The position numbers and the translations under genes were made by a program. This document shows, piece by piece, positions 1 to 11,155 of a DNA stretch of 64,000 nt; position 1 is the first letter of the stretch, and each line of letters opens with the position of its first letter. The stretch lies in the NCBI GenBank assembly GCA_963784755.1, contig CAWASS010000003.1:395591-459590 (forward strand), given 5' to 3'. The stretch comes from an uncultured Alphaproteobacteria bacterium (GTDB taxonomy: Bacteria; Pseudomonadota; Alphaproteobacteria; Rhizobiales; Xanthobacteraceae). The notes beneath the pieces are model-generated. The model was not told the origin of the DNA and ran no database searches. It worked only from the letters and a program-made list of their open reading frames with translations.

Positions 1-399
1 GTCGAAGCGATTCGCTTCATCGTGAAGGAATGGATCGCCGACCCCGGCATCGACGCCATCATCACCACCGGCGGCACCGGTTTTACCGGACGCGACGTGA
101 CGCCGGAGGCGATCGAGCCCTTGTTCGACAAACGCATGGACGGCTTTTCCATCGCGTTCCACATGTTGAGCCATGCCAAGATCGGGGCGTCGACGATCCA
201 GAGCCGCGCCACCGCGGGCACATCGGGTGCAACCTTTATCTTCTGCCTGCCGGGATCGCCGGGCGCCTGCCGCGACGGCTGGGACGGCATCCTCGCGCAC
301 CAGTTGGACTACCGCACCCGCCCCTGCAATTTCGTCGAGATCATGCCGCGGCTGGACGAACACCTGCGCCGCCCGAAGGCCAAGGGCGCGTCGGCGTAG
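1..399 (+). CDS. moaB: Molybdenum cofactor biosynthesis protein B (5'-truncated by window edge)
   Basis: Frame open from base 1; motifs IITTGGTGFTGRDVTPEA and FCLPGSPGAC typical of MoaB/MogA; stop TAG at 397-399 lies inside the downstream palindrome. Confidence 0.9.
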   Translation, partial: VEAIRFIVKEWIADPGIDAIITTGGTGFTGRDVTPEAIEPLFDKRMDGFSIAFHMLSHAKIGASTIQSRATAGTSGATFIFCLPGSPGACRDGWDGILAHQLDYRTRPCNFVEIMPRLDEHLRRPKAKGASA

Positions 400-509
400 G
401 ATGGGTTGAGCGAAGCGATACCCATCATTTTTCTGCGGGCGCATGTGTTGGGTTTCGCGGAGTTTATCATCGGGCGCATTCGCGACCCGTTGGCTCAACC
501 CAACCTACG
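395..509. repeat. REP-like palindrome family A (GTAGGATGGG...CCTAC) with extra module in right arm
   Basis: Left arm cgtaggatgggttgagcgaagcgatacccatc resembles the 14060 copy; right arm is interrupted by ggagtttatcatcgggcgcattcgcgacccgttg. Confidence 0.8.
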
Positions 510-522
510 GGCCCGTCCGATT

Positions 523-1092
523 TCACGCCACCATGATGCGGCTGCGCAGCATGGTGCGGGAGGAGCGGCCGAGCTGCCGCAACAGTTTTGCCTCGGAACG
601 GCGGGCGTCCGGCGCATAGCCGCCGAGCCGGTCGTAGTGGTCGCGCGCGATCACCAATCCCTGCTCCGCCGAAGGCCCCGCGATCATCCGGCTCATGAAT
701 TTGAGGCCATCGCGCCAGCTCGGTTCGGCATAGGGCGAGCGGGCGTAACGGAAAATGCCGGCGCGGGGCCGGCCGCTGATCGAAACGCCGTGGATGAACT
801 GCGCGGTCTCGTCGATCCAGCCGGCATCGAGCACGCCGCCGGCATGCAGGAACATCAGCCAGGGCGAGCGGGCGTGCCGGGCGCCGGCTGCGAGGGCCGC
901 GGCATGCGATCCCACGAAGGGCAGGAAACGGCACCCCGCGACATCGGCGACGCGTTCGATCACGCCGGTGCCGGAGCGGTCGACCAGCAGCACCTCGCGC
1001 ACCACGCCGGCGGCGGCCCCCGGCACCAGGGCTGCGAGGGTGGCGACGGCGGGCTGTTCGACGCCTTCGGTGGGGATGATCACGCTCAGCAT
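523..1092 (-). CDS. Glycosyltransferase family 2-like protein
   Basis: N-terminal LSVIIPT, VLLVD, WLMFLHA pattern of the GT-A fold. Confidence 0.75.
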   Translation of the reverse strand: MLSVIIPTEGVEQPAVATLAALVPGAAAGVVREVLLVDRSGTGVIERVADVAGCRFLPFVGSHAAALAAGARHARSPWLMFLHAGGVLDAGWIDETAQFIHGVSISGRPRAGIFRYARSPYAEPSWRDGLKFMSRMIAGPSAEQGLVIARDHYDRLGGYAPDARRSEAKLLRQLGRSSRTMLRSRIMVA

Positions 1093-1281
1093 TGACGGCC
1101 CTTGGATACCTCAAACGGCAAAACGCCGCACTGTTATCACCTTGTCACACTCAAATCAGCCTGCCGGACTGCAGCTTTTTGCGGCAAACGCCAAGCGTCC
1201 AGGCCGGCCTCGCCGTTAACCGGTTGTGAAAATCGCAACTCGTGTTCTTGATTTGTTCTCATGGCGTGTTATGTTGAGGCC

Positions 1282-2446
1282 ATGAGTTCGAGCATCCTCT
1301 GCCGTCCTCAAGCACCCGCCGGTCACGGCGCCCTCCGAGCCGGCGGGTGCGCCTTCTCCTTTTCCGGAACTGGCGGTCGCGATCGAGCGCGAGCGGCGGC
1401 GTGGCCGCGGCGCGCAATCCAACGACAGCGGCCGCTTCGAGACCGAGGCGCGGGTCGCGTTCGACGACGGCTGGCAAAGCCTCGACGAACTGCCGCCGTT
1501 CAAGACCACGGTGGCGGTCGACACCGCGCGAAAAGTGATCACCCGCAACGACTCGCCCGATATCGGCTTCGACCGATCGATCAATCCCTATCGCGGCTGC
1601 GAGCACGGCTGCGTCTACTGCTTCGCGCGGCCGACCCACGCTTTTCTCGGGCTGTCGCCGGGGCTGGATTTCGAATCCAAACTGTTCGCAAAACCCGACG
1701 CGCCGGCGCTGCTGGAGAAAGAACTGGCGGCAGCGGATTACGAGCCGCGGATGATCGCGATCGGCACCAACACCGATCCGTACCAGCCGATCGAGCGCGA
1801 GCGCAAGATCATGCGCGGCATTCTGGAAGTGCTGGAGCGCGCCGGCCATCCGGTCGGCATCGTCACCAAATCGGCGCTGGTGGTGCGCGACATCGATATT
1901 CTCGCGCGGATGGCGAAGCGCAATCTCGCCAAGGTGGCGCTGTCGGTAACGTCGCTCGACGCAAAGCTCGCCCGCACCATGGAGCCGCGGGCCTCGACAC
2001 CGGCCAGGCGGCTGGAGGCGCTGCGGCAATTGTCGCAAGCCGGAATTCCGGCCACGGTTATGGTGGCGCCGGTAATTCCCGCGCTGAACGATTCCGAGAT
2101 CGAGCGCATCCTCGACGCGGCGTCCCATGCCGGCGTCAAGGAGGCGAGCTACGTGCTGCTGCGGCTGCCGCTGGAGGTGCGCGACCTCTTTCGCGAATGG
2201 CTGATGGCGAATTATCCCGACCGCTATCGCCACGTCTTCACCTTGATCCGCGACATGCGCGGCGGACGCGACTACGATTCGCAGTGGGGCACGCGGATGA
2301 AGGGCACCGGGCCGATGGCCTGGATGATCGGCCGCCGCTTCGAGATCGCCTGCGAAAAACTCGGCCTCAACAAGCGGCGCTCGAAACTGACCACCGATCA
2401 TTTCGCGAAGCCGAAGCGCAGCGGCCAGCAGCTGAGTTTGTTTTAG
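1282..2446 (+). CDS. PA0069/Rv2578c-family radical SAM protein (spore photoproduct lyase-like); apparent +1 base just after start
   Basis: NPYRGCEHGCVYCFAR (CxxxCxxC) and GTNTDPYQP motifs. The coding frame runs back to 1289 (RASSAVLKHPP...RRGRGA) then hits TGA at 1283; ATG at 1282 is one base out of frame. Confidence 0.85.
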
Positions 2447-2460
2447 GGGGCGAGTGCCGG

Positions 2461-2585
2461 GTGCCCCGGACGCAGCGCAGCGCTCTTGCGGTGCGCTGCA
2501 GAGCCGGGACCGTTGCGAACGCCGGCGTCCGGTAGGTCCCGGTTCTGCGAGGCAGCGTTTCACGCTGCATTGAGCCCGGGACACG
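2461..2585. repeat. REP-like palindrome family C (CCCGGACGCAGCGCAGC...CCGGGACAC)
   Basis: Similar copies at 5026-5165 and 38688-38811; internal hairpins. Confidence 0.8.
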
Positions 2586-2686
2586 GACCCTCCGCAACGG
2601 GGAGAGGGAAGAAAGACGCCCTGAATAACGGGCATCGATCCGAGTTCCCGGTTGCGCGGCCGGGGGCGCCGCAGCACCATCCCGGC

Positions 2687-3427
2687 ATGATTCGGGACAA
2701 GTCCAAAGGGAGCCCGCTGCCGAAGGGCGTCATCGCCATCGCGCCGCCGAGCTTTCGCCGCGAGCGCGCGCTGATCAAGCGCGGGGTCTGGCCGGTCGCG
2801 GGCTGCGACGAGGCCGGACGCGGTCCGCTGGCGGGCCCGGTGGTGGCCGCGGCTGTGGTGCTCGATCCGAAGCGCATTCCCAAAGGCATCGACGATTCAA
2901 AGCGCCTGACGCCCGAGCGCCGCGAAGAGTTGTTCGAGGAAATCTGCGCCACCGCATCGTTCGCCGTCGCCTTCGCCTCGCCGGCGCGGATCGACCGCGA
3001 CAATATCCTGCGGGCGTCGCTGTGGGCGCTGGCGCGCGCCGTCCATGCGCTGCCGGAAATGCCGCGGCATGTGTTCGTCGACGGCCGCGACAAGCTCGAC
3101 ACATCGTGCGACTGCGACGCCGTGATCGGCGGCGACGGCCTGGTGATGTCGATCGCGGCGGCGTCGATCGTCGCCAAGGTCTCGCGCGACCGCCTGATGT
3201 GCAAGCTGGCGCAGGATTGCCCCGGCTACGGTTTCGAGCAGCACAAGGGCTACGCCGTGCCGGAGCATCTGGAGGCGTTGAGCCGGTTAGGCCCGACCGT
3301 GCATCACCGCCGCTTTTTCGCACCGGTGGTCGCCGCGCGTGCAAAGCATGAAGGCGTCAGTATCGAAAGCCTGCTTGGCGCCGTGCAGGTCAGCGAAATT
3401 GTCGAGGTCTCGGCCGCCGCCGGCTGA
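2687..3427 (+). CDS. rnhB: Ribonuclease HII
   Basis: [42 protein letters not shown] and HRRFF motifs. Confidence 0.95.
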   Translation: MIRDKSKGSPLPKGVIAIAPPSFRRERALIKRGVWPVAGCDEAGRGPLAGPVVAAAVVLDPKRIPKGIDDSKRLTPERREELFEEICATASFAVAFASPARIDRDNILRASLWALARAVHALPEMPRHVFVDGRDKLDTSCDCDAVIGGDGLVMSIAAASIVAKVSRDRLMCKLAQDCPGYGFEQHKGYAVPEHLEALSRLGPTVHHRRFFAPVVAARAKHEGVSIESLLGAVQVSEIVEVSAAAG

Positions 3428-3492
3428 CGGAGTTGCCTCAACAGCCCGTGCATTCTATCACTGCCGGGAACTGACCTCCCGCCGGCGGCCTG

Positions 3493-5001
3493 ATGCGTTT
3501 CACGTCCCTGATCATCGAACTGATCCGCGCCCGTCCGCGGCTGGTGGTCTGGCTCGTGGTGCTGTTCCAGGCGGCGTTGTGGCTGATGGTGCCGCTGCTG
3601 CTGTATCGCAGCCCGCCCGGCGACCTCGCGACGGTTTTGGCCTATGGCCGGGAATACCAGGTCGGCACCGATCTCGGCCCGCCGCTGGCGTTCTGGCTCG
3701 CCGACATCGCATTTCGCCTGGCCGGCAATCACATCGTCGGTGTCTATCTGCTGGCGCAGCTCTGCTTCATCGCGACGTTCTGGGCGCTGTATTCGCTCGG
3801 CCGCGCCATCGTCGGCGGCCAACAGGCGGTGCTCGCGGTGTTGCTGGCGCTGACGGTCACGGCATTCAGTTCTCCCGGCGTCGAGTTCGGGCCGCTGGTG
3901 CTGGCGCGCCCGCTATGGGCGCTGCTGTTGCTGCATTCATGGCAGATCATCGGTCAGGGCCGCCGCAATGCCTGGTTCGCGCTGTCGATCGATGCGGGCT
4001 TGTTGTTGCTGACGACCTCCGCCGCACCCGGGCTGTTGCTGCTGGTGGCCGGATTTGCACTGGCGACCGCGCGCGGCCGGCGCGCGCTGACGTCGTTCGA
4101 TCCGCTGTTCGCGCTGTTGGTGATCGCGGTGCTGGCGCTGCCTTACCTGATCTGGCTGGTCCGCGCCGAACCCATCGTTTTGCCGCAACTGCCGGCCGTT
4201 GCGGATTTGAGCGCGCGCGCGGTTCACTGGGGCGTGCTGCTGGCACTGCTGCTGGCCGCGATGTCGGGCATCGTGCTGCTGGTGATCCTCAATTCGGGCC
4301 GCTTCACGCGCAATCCGGAAGAGGCGCCGATCATCTTCCGCCCTCCCGTCGATCCCCTGGCGCGCCATTTCGTTTATTTCTTCGCGCTGGCCCCGGCATT
4401 TGCGGGAAGCCTGATCGCCGGGTTGTTCAACCTCGACCGCGTGGTAGGCGGAGCCGGCGTCGCGCTGCTGATGTCCGGGCTTGCGGTGATCGTCGCGACC
4501 GGCGATCTCATTCATCTGCGGCGTCAGCGCCTGCTGCGTTCGGTCTGGGCGGCTGCGATCGTGGCCCCCGCGCTGGCAACGCTGGCAACGACGCTGTTCC
4601 TGCCGTGGGCGGGCACCGCGGAAGTCGCGACCTCCTTGCCCGCGGCCACCATCGGCCGGTTCTTCGGCGACAGTTTCGAGCGCCGCACCAACCGTCCGCT
4701 GCGGGCGGTGGCGGGCGACCCGCAGATCGCAACATTGATCGGAATGGACTCCGCGCGCCCGCATCTGTTTCTCGACGCGACGCCGGCGCGGACGCCGTGG
4801 CTCACTCCCGCGAAATTCAACGAGCTCGGCGGCGTCGTGGTCTGGCGCGCCTCCGATACCGCCGGCACGCCGCCGGACGAACTCGCCAGACGGTTTCCCG
4901 GCATCGTGCCGGAAATCCCGCGCGCCTTCGAGCGGCTGGTCACCGGGCGTCAGGGACTGCTGCGGATCGGCTGGGCCATCGTGCGGCCGAAGGCGCCGTG
5001 A
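3493..5001 (+). CDS. Glycosyltransferase family 39 (ArnT/PMT-like) multi-pass membrane protein
   Basis: 502 aa, many hydrophobic helices, PPLAFWL motif near the N-terminus. Confidence 0.7.
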   Translation: MRFTSLIIELIRARPRLVVWLVVLFQAALWLMVPLLLYRSPPGDLATVLAYGREYQVGTDLGPPLAFWLADIAFRLAGNHIVGVYLLAQLCFIATFWALYSLGRAIVGGQQAVLAVLLALTVTAFSSPGVEFGPLVLARPLWALLLLHSWQIIGQGRRNAWFALSIDAGLLLLTTSAAPGLLLLVAGFALATARGRRALTSFDPLFALLVIAVLALPYLIWLVRAEPIVLPQLPAVADLSARAVHWGVLLALLLAAMSGIVLLVILNSGRFTRNPEEAPIIFRPPVDPLARHFVYFFALAPAFAGSLIAGLFNLDRVVGGAGVALLMSGLAVIVATGDLIHLRRQRLLRSVWAAAIVAPALATLATTLFLPWAGTAEVATSLPAATIGRFFGDSFERRTNRPLRAVAGDPQIATLIGMDSARPHLFLDATPARTPWLTPAKFNELGGVVVWRASDTAGTPPDELARRFPGIVPEIPRAFERLVTGRQGLLRIGWAIVRPKAP

Positions 5002-5025
5002 GAAAAGCGAACGCGTAAACGGCGG

Positions 5026-5165
5026 CGTTCCCCGGACGCAGCGCAGCGCGCCGCCTCTTGCGGCGTGGTGCGCTGCAGAGCCGGGGCCGTAACAAAGCGC
5101 GGTGTTCGGGACGGTCCCGGCTCTGCGGAGCGGCATGAAGAATGCCGCACCGCGTCCGGGACACG
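5026..5165. repeat. REP-like palindrome family C
   Basis: gttccccggacgcagcgcagcg...ggtgcgctgcagagccggg...gtccgggacacg, between convergent genes. Confidence 0.8.
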
Positions 5166-5166
5166 A

Positions 5167-5967
5167 TTAGCCCAGCGCCTTGGCGATCGCGCGCAGATCC
5201 TGCCACGCCAGCCGCTTGTAGGATGGCGAGCGCAACAGATAGGCCGGATGAAATGTCGCCATCGCCTTGATCTTGCGGGTGCCGGTGTCGTAGTCGAACC
5301 AGCGCCCGCGGGTTTTCATGATGCCGTCGCGGGTCGACAGCAAGGTCTGGGTCGAGGGATTGCCCAGCGTCACCAGCACATCCGGATCGACCAGTTCGAT
5401 CTGGCGCTGGATGAACGGCAGGCAGATTTGCGTCTCCTGCGGCGTCGGCGTGCGATTGCCGGGCGGCCGCCATGGAATGACGTTGGCGATGTAAACCTTG
5501 CTGCGGTCGAGCCCGATCGCAGCGATCATCCGGTTCAGCAACTGGCCCGAACGCCCCACGAACGGCAGGCCCTCGATGTCCTCCTCGCGGCCGGGCGCCT
5601 CGCCGACGAACATGACGCGCGCTAAGGGATTGCCGTCGGCAAACACCAGCCGCGTCGCGGTGGATTTCAGCGCGCAGCCGTCGAATGCCTCCAGCATCGC
5701 GCGCAGCACCTCCAGCGAGGGCGCGGTGCGCGCGGCTTCCCGCGCCGACTGGATCGCCACTTCGGGCGCGGGTGCAATCGCCGGACGTGCCGGAGGCGCC
5801 GCGGCCGGCGCTGTCCGGATCGGCGAGGGTTGCGCGGCCTCCTGCGCAACGGCGGCGCTCTGGTCGGTCACCCGGTTGACCGGCTCGTCCATCAGCGCGC
5901 AGTCAACCCCGGCCTCCAGATAGAAGGCCAGCAATTCATGGACGGTGAGGGCGCGGTCAGGCGTCAT
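5167..5967 (-). CDS. Uracil-DNA glycosylase, family 4
   Basis: [28 protein letters not shown] and TFHPAYLLR motifs. Confidence 0.92.
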   Translation of the reverse strand: MTPDRALTVHELLAFYLEAGVDCALMDEPVNRVTDQSAAVAQEAAQPSPIRTAPAAAPPARPAIAPAPEVAIQSAREAARTAPSLEVLRAMLEAFDGCALKSTATRLVFADGNPLARVMFVGEAPGREEDIEGLPFVGRSGQLLNRMIAAIGLDRSKVYIANVIPWRPPGNRTPTPQETQICLPFIQRQIELVDPDVLVTLGNPSTQTLLSTRDGIMKTRGRWFDYDTGTRKIKAMATFHPAYLLRSPSYKRLAWQDLRAIAKALG

Positions 5968-6085
5968 GGCGCGATGTCAGGGGCATCCCTCTAATCTAGG
6001 CACAGATCGCCAGCAGCGAAACGCCGCAGGCGGCATTTTGGTGATTGTTCTTCATGCAAATCAGGCATTTGCGTGCCGGCCGCGT

Positions 6086-9000
6086 CTACGTTTCAGATAA
6101 CGCGATCTTATCTTCGGTCGTAAGGCTGTACAAATCCTCGACGCGATCGTCAATTTGGCTCTCGTATTCCATTGTCAATCGAGTAAGTTGATCATTTTGA
6201 GCGGCGCTACGAGAAAGCGATAGCTGACGCCTACATTGGATCACCTGGTTAATCAGTGTCGCTATTCGACTCTGTTCTGGAATCGTCGGAGCGAAAACGG
6301 GTATTGCAAGGAGCGGCTCCTTATCTAGCTGAAAATTATTGCCTTGCATCTTTCCACGGTTTTTAAGCCAAAAACGGACCAAGCGCGAATTCAGTAACCC
6401 AGTGAGATAGCGCTGGTTGACCCGATTTGTTTTGATTATGTTAAAGGTTTGGGAGACGTAACAAGGAAAGTCCGTAAAAGTGAAAGTAGGTTCACTGCAC
6501 TTTCGGACAGCAATTATTTTTTCTCCAATAAAGAACGTTTCCTGCCGAGCTCGATGTAGTCCGTAAGGGGCATTGTGGGAGGTGATTACCTTTCGGAATT
6601 GATCAAGATGCGCCTTTAGCGAGGGATACGGTCGCATTTCCGCAGATCTGCTAAAGCGCGAATCGGTATAAATTATCCAGTAGTGATTAGTAGGAGATCC
6701 ATAGTAGCGATCCAGTTCAGATGTAGTAAAGTAGGGCTTCAATAAAGCGCGTTCGTCCTTGCTCAGCTTGAGGGACTTCACTTCTTGGTCCGACAGAATG
6801 AAGATTCCACTTCCCACTCGAAACTTATCACCCAAGATACGCTGGCCCGCGGAATTTAGAAAGTCCTGCGGAGCAACAATGCCTTGCGCAACCTCATCTG
6901 CGCTAAGTTGAAAGTTCGCCTTTGCTGAAATTTTCAGCAACAGGTCTTCAGTGCCTGATTTCGAAAATGTCAGAGAAGCTCCAAGAGTACCCTTCCTTTC
7001 AATCGTAGCTGAAAGATATTCACGGCCTGTTCCTTCAATTTTCAAAAGGAGAGCCTGAGCATCTTTTAGCGAATGAAAGCCCGCAGTGAGGCGTCGGTAG
7101 TCGAACTTATACCGATCCGGTTTCGAGTCTTTCCGAGCAATCAAAATCATGGTTTGTATAGCGGCATCCCGAAATACTTTGAAGTCGCGGAAATCTATCA
7201 ATTGCTCTATACGCGCGTCGCTGGCGATTTTTGCGCGCAACTTTTTAGCGCCGAAATTAGTGACCCAATTATTAGTCGCGATAAAAGCAAGCACGCCTGT
7301 TTTTGCCTTCAGCCAATCCAAGCCCCTGCATGCGAACAAATACCATATATCCATCTTGCCTTGGTAATAAGGCGATCCGCGTACGTCGTTAAACGCGTCT
7401 CTGTTCACATATTCTTTGATATAAGGCGGATTTCCGATCAATAAATCGAAGCCACCTTGTGCAAACACTGCCGAAAATACCCGTCGAAAATTTAACGATT
7501 TCGCTTCAGTCAATCTCTCAACGGGAAACAGTTCTCCAGTTTCATCGAGGGTAACCAGCGAATTACCGACGACAATATTCGCGTTTAGCGAGGGTAGGAG
7601 CGCCGCAGCCATTTCAATTTGTTGATGTCGAGCGCTAAATGTCGTCTCATCCTCCATGAGCTTTAGGTATAACGATAGTTGTGCAACCTCAGCTGCCTGT
7701 GCATCTATGTCCACCCCATAGATGCACCTCAATAAAATCTCTCGTTTATGAACCATGGTCAGGTGCAATTCTCCATCACGCTCTTCAACTTGAGTTTTTG
7801 TTCGCCGCGATGGATTTGCCCTATAGAAAGCTACAAGTGCTTTCATGAGATATCCAAATGCGCCGATCAAAAACGAGCCTGAACCGCAAGAGGTATCGAT
7901 GATGCGTAGCGCAAGGATATCGTTCGCGGTCCTGCCGACGGTGAGTGGACCTAAGGCATTATCAATCATGTACGCAACAATATAATCCGGTGTATAATAA
8001 ACGCCACCAGCTCTGCGCACGTCTTCCTTTTCAACGATCGAAATTCTTTTTTTGTTAGCGAGAACAATCTTTCCTAAAAAACGTTCATAGATGCGTCCCA
8101 AAATCTCTACTGGTATAGAATCGAAATTGTAGGGGGAATGTTCGTCAGTCAGCTCGTCGCAGATTTCCGCAAAAACGGAGCTATCCGGTCTAAACCTACT
8201 ACTGTCTATGACAGGATGAACTTTAAAAACGGTGCCATTGTATATTTGGTCCAATCGTTTTGATGCGGTGACGAAATTGTCCCATTGGGTCTTATTACCC
8301 TCACCAAAACGCGATATGATCGGCTGCTCTTCGATTGCTTTGTCCTCTAGGAAGCGCGTGAATATCATTCGATCAAGAGTACGTTGCACCGCCTCGGTTA
8401 ACTCTTCGCTGCTAAGACTCGCATCCGCTTTCTTGAACACTACTGCGAGCTGTTCCCTCCATTCATCCAGTTTGATAAGGAAATCATCATCGAAATCGCG
8501 CGTCTCGTTTGGGAAAAGATTATATTGGCGCACGGCCTTTTGCTGTTCCGGCAAGAAAGTCGACGCGAAACGCTCAATCGAACTCGTCTGCAACAGCTTC
8601 GCGCGACAGTAACCAGTATATTTCTGAGAACTTGTCCCGTTCGCAGAATTCACTACAATTCCAACTCTTAACCGCCCTGGAAACCGCTGAATCAATTTTG
8701 GGTCGAAATCTTGTGTCTAAGATGTGGAGGTTGTAAAAATCTGTTAAAACTGAAATTTGAATTTTTTGCGGCCATCCGTACCGGATTGTTTGAAAGCAAT
8801 TATCGGGAGATAAAATACTTGCCTGCGGCCGCTTTGCCTCTACGAGGAAGCGAACTCGGCTGAAATAGGGTGCGAGCGAAAAAGCATAGTCAGCTTTGCC
8901 TGATGCTTTTGTCGGAATTGATTTCTCTATTTTTACTTCTTGACGGTAGGGGTCTCGTTGTAGATCGTGACCGACGTCCCATCCAAGCGCGATAAAAAAC

Positions 9001-9161
9001 TTATCAATGAAGTCGGTGCGAGCTTCGGCTTCTTGATAAGAACCTAAATCGACGTAGTGACGTTTGTTTGAAATGAAGGTTTCAGCTAAATTTTTGACAG
9101 CCGAAAAGGCCTTCTCAAAGTGGTCCGCCGAGTTTTCAGCGCGGGTTTTATTTTTGGGCAT
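6086..9161 (-). CDS. Type IIG restriction-modification enzyme (fused PD-(D/E)XK nuclease, N6-adenine MTase, TRD), split by one apparent +1 base near 8584
   Basis: N-terminal ADY...VEAK nuclease pattern; GVYYTP, DTSCGSGSF (motif I) and GNPPY (motif IV). Removing one base at ~8584 joins the ORFs as ...REAVADGSIERF...; region is AT-rich. Confidence 0.85.
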
Positions 9162-9411
9162 GTGCCTTGATATCCTGCGTAAATCGGGCTTACCAGTCCC
9201 TGCTTCATCCTAGACACAGATATATCGTCGCCAAATCTGTGGTGGAAGGATTGAGAGGTACGTGATGATGCACCTTATCGTCCGGATCGCCGCATGCCTA
9301 TGCCGTGGCCGTGGAAAGCCGTTTTCGAACTGGTCGGGTACTCTCCAAGTCCCAGTGTTCATCCGCAGGATATCAGTCTAAAAGGTTCGTGAAACCGGTC
9401 GAGATGATGCC

Positions 9412-11070
9412 ATGAGCACCGAAGAACTGCCGCCCCGCGAGTCCATGGAATTCAACGTCGTCATCGTCGGGGCGGGGCCGTCCGGTCTCGCCGCGGCGAT
9501 CCGGCTGAAGCAGCTCAATGCCGAGCTTTCGATCGTTGTGGTCGAGAAGGGCTCCGAAGTCGGCGCGCATATCCTGTCCGGCGCCGTGATCGATCCGGTG
9601 TCATTGGACAAATTGATCCCGGACTGGCGCGACGACACCGATTGCCCGCTCAAGACGCAAGTGAAGGACGACCGGTTTTACCTGCTGACCAAATCGGGCG
9701 GCTTCAAGCTGCCGAATTTCATGATGCCGCCGCTGATGGACAATCATCACTGCTACATCACCTCGCTCGGCATGGTGTGCCGCTGGCTCGGCGCCAGGGC
9801 CGAGGCGCTCGGCGTTGAAATCTATCCGGGGTTTGCGGCGGTCGAAACGCTCTACGGCGACGACGGCGCGGTGCGCGGCATTGCCACCGGCGACATGGGC
9901 ATCGCCAAGGACGGATCGCACAAGGATTCATTTACGCGCGGCATGGAGTTGCTGGGAAAATACACGCTGTTCGCGGAAGGCGCGCGGGGCAGCCTGACCA
10001 AGCAGCTGATCGCCAAATTCGCGCTCGACAAGGATTGCGAGCCGGGCAAGTTCGGCATCGGGCTGAAGGAAGTCTGGCAGATCGATCCGGCCAAACACAA
10101 AAAAGGCCTGGTGCAGCATTCGTTCGGCTGGCCGCTCGACAATTCCACCGGCGGCGGCTCGTTCCTCTATCACTACGACGACAATCTGGTTGCCGTCGGT
10201 TTTGTCGTGCATCTCAATTACGACAATCCCTATATCTATCCGTTCGAGGAATTTCAGCGCTTCAAGACCCATCCGAAGATCCGCGACACTTTTGCGGGCG
10301 CCAAACGCCTCGCCTACGGCTCGCGCGCGATCACCGAAGGCGGCTACCAGTCGGTGCCGCGCCTGACATTCAAGGGCGGCGCGCTGATCGGCTGCGCGGC
10401 AGGGTTCGTCAATGTGCCGCGCATCAAAGGCGTGCACAATGCGATGGCCAGCGGCATGCTCGCCGCCGAGCGCATCGCGGCCGCGCTCGCCGCCGGCCGC
10501 GCCAATGACGAGTTAGTCGATTATGAAAACGGCTGGCGCTCCTCGAGCATCGGTAAAGATTTGTACCCGGTGCGTAACGCGAAACCGCTGTGGTCGAAAT
10601 TCGGCACCATCCTCGGCAACGCGCTCGGCGGTTTCGACATGTGGTGCAACACGTTTGGCTTCTCGCTGTTCGGCACCCAGTCGCACGCAAAGCCGGATCG
10701 CGAGACGCTGAAGCCGGCGAAGCAATACCAGCCGATCGCCTATCCCAAGCCGGACGGCAAGCTGACCTTCGACCGGCTGTCGTCGGTATTCATGTCGAAC
10801 ACCAACCACGAAGAGGACCAGCCGGTTCACCTCAAGGTCGCCGACCTCAACCTGCAGAAGACATCGGAGCTCGATATCTATGCCGGTCCGTCGAATCGCT
10901 ATTGTCCGGCCGGCGTCTATGAATGGGTCGAGGAGCCGACCGGGCCGCGCTTCCAGATCAACGCCCAGAATTGCGTTCACTGCAAAACCTGCGATATCAA
11001 GGATCCGAACGGCAATATCACCTGGGTTCCACCCGAAGGCGGCGGCGGACCCAACTACGAGGCGATGTGA
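9412..11070 (+). CDS. Electron transfer flavoprotein-ubiquinone oxidoreductase
   Basis: VIVGAGPSG FAD motif, GAHILSGAV, C-terminal CPAGVYE...NCVHCKTCDIKDP Fe-S motif. Confidence 0.95.
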   Translation: MSTEELPPRESMEFNVVIVGAGPSGLAAAIRLKQLNAELSIVVVEKGSEVGAHILSGAVIDPVSLDKLIPDWRDDTDCPLKTQVKDDRFYLLTKSGGFKLPNFMMPPLMDNHHCYITSLGMVCRWLGARAEALGVEIYPGFAAVETLYGDDGAVRGIATGDMGIAKDGSHKDSFTRGMELLGKYTLFAEGARGSLTKQLIAKFALDKDCEPGKFGIGLKEVWQIDPAKHKKGLVQHSFGWPLDNSTGGGSFLYHYDDNLVAVGFVVHLNYDNPYIYPFEEFQRFKTHPKIRDTFAGAKRLAYGSRAITEGGYQSVPRLTFKGGALIGCAAGFVNVPRIKGVHNAMASGMLAAERIAAALAAGRANDELVDYENGWRSSSIGKDLYPVRNAKPLWSKFGTILGNALGGFDMWCNTFGFSLFGTQSHAKPDRETLKPAKQYQPIAYPKPDGKLTFDRLSSVFMSNTNHEEDQPVHLKVADLNLQKTSELDIYAGPSNRYCPAGVYEWVEEPTGPRFQINAQNCVHCKTCDIKDPNGNITWVPPEGGGGPNYEAM

Positions 11071-11112
11071 CCACGATTGCGTGAGCTCTGCCGTGCAAAC
11101 GTGAATCTCAAG

Positions 11113-11155
11113 CGTCATTCCGGGACACGCGTCTTCGCGCGGACCCGGAATGACG
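11113..11155. repeat. REP-like palindrome family B (CGTCATTCCGGG...CCCGGAATGACG), short form
   Basis: 12-bp terminal inverted repeat cgtcattccggg/cccggaatgacg. Confidence 0.85.

Noticed and set aside
6086-8695. BREX PglX or DISARM methylase
   Set aside because: Solitary gene with a fused N-terminal nuclease and no brx or drm partners; type IIG RM is the simpler reading
9262-9381. Possible ~39-aa ORF (MMHLIVRIAACLCRGRGKPF...) after a GAGAGG sequence
   Set aside because: No recognisable features, and it occupies the expected promoter region of ETF-QO
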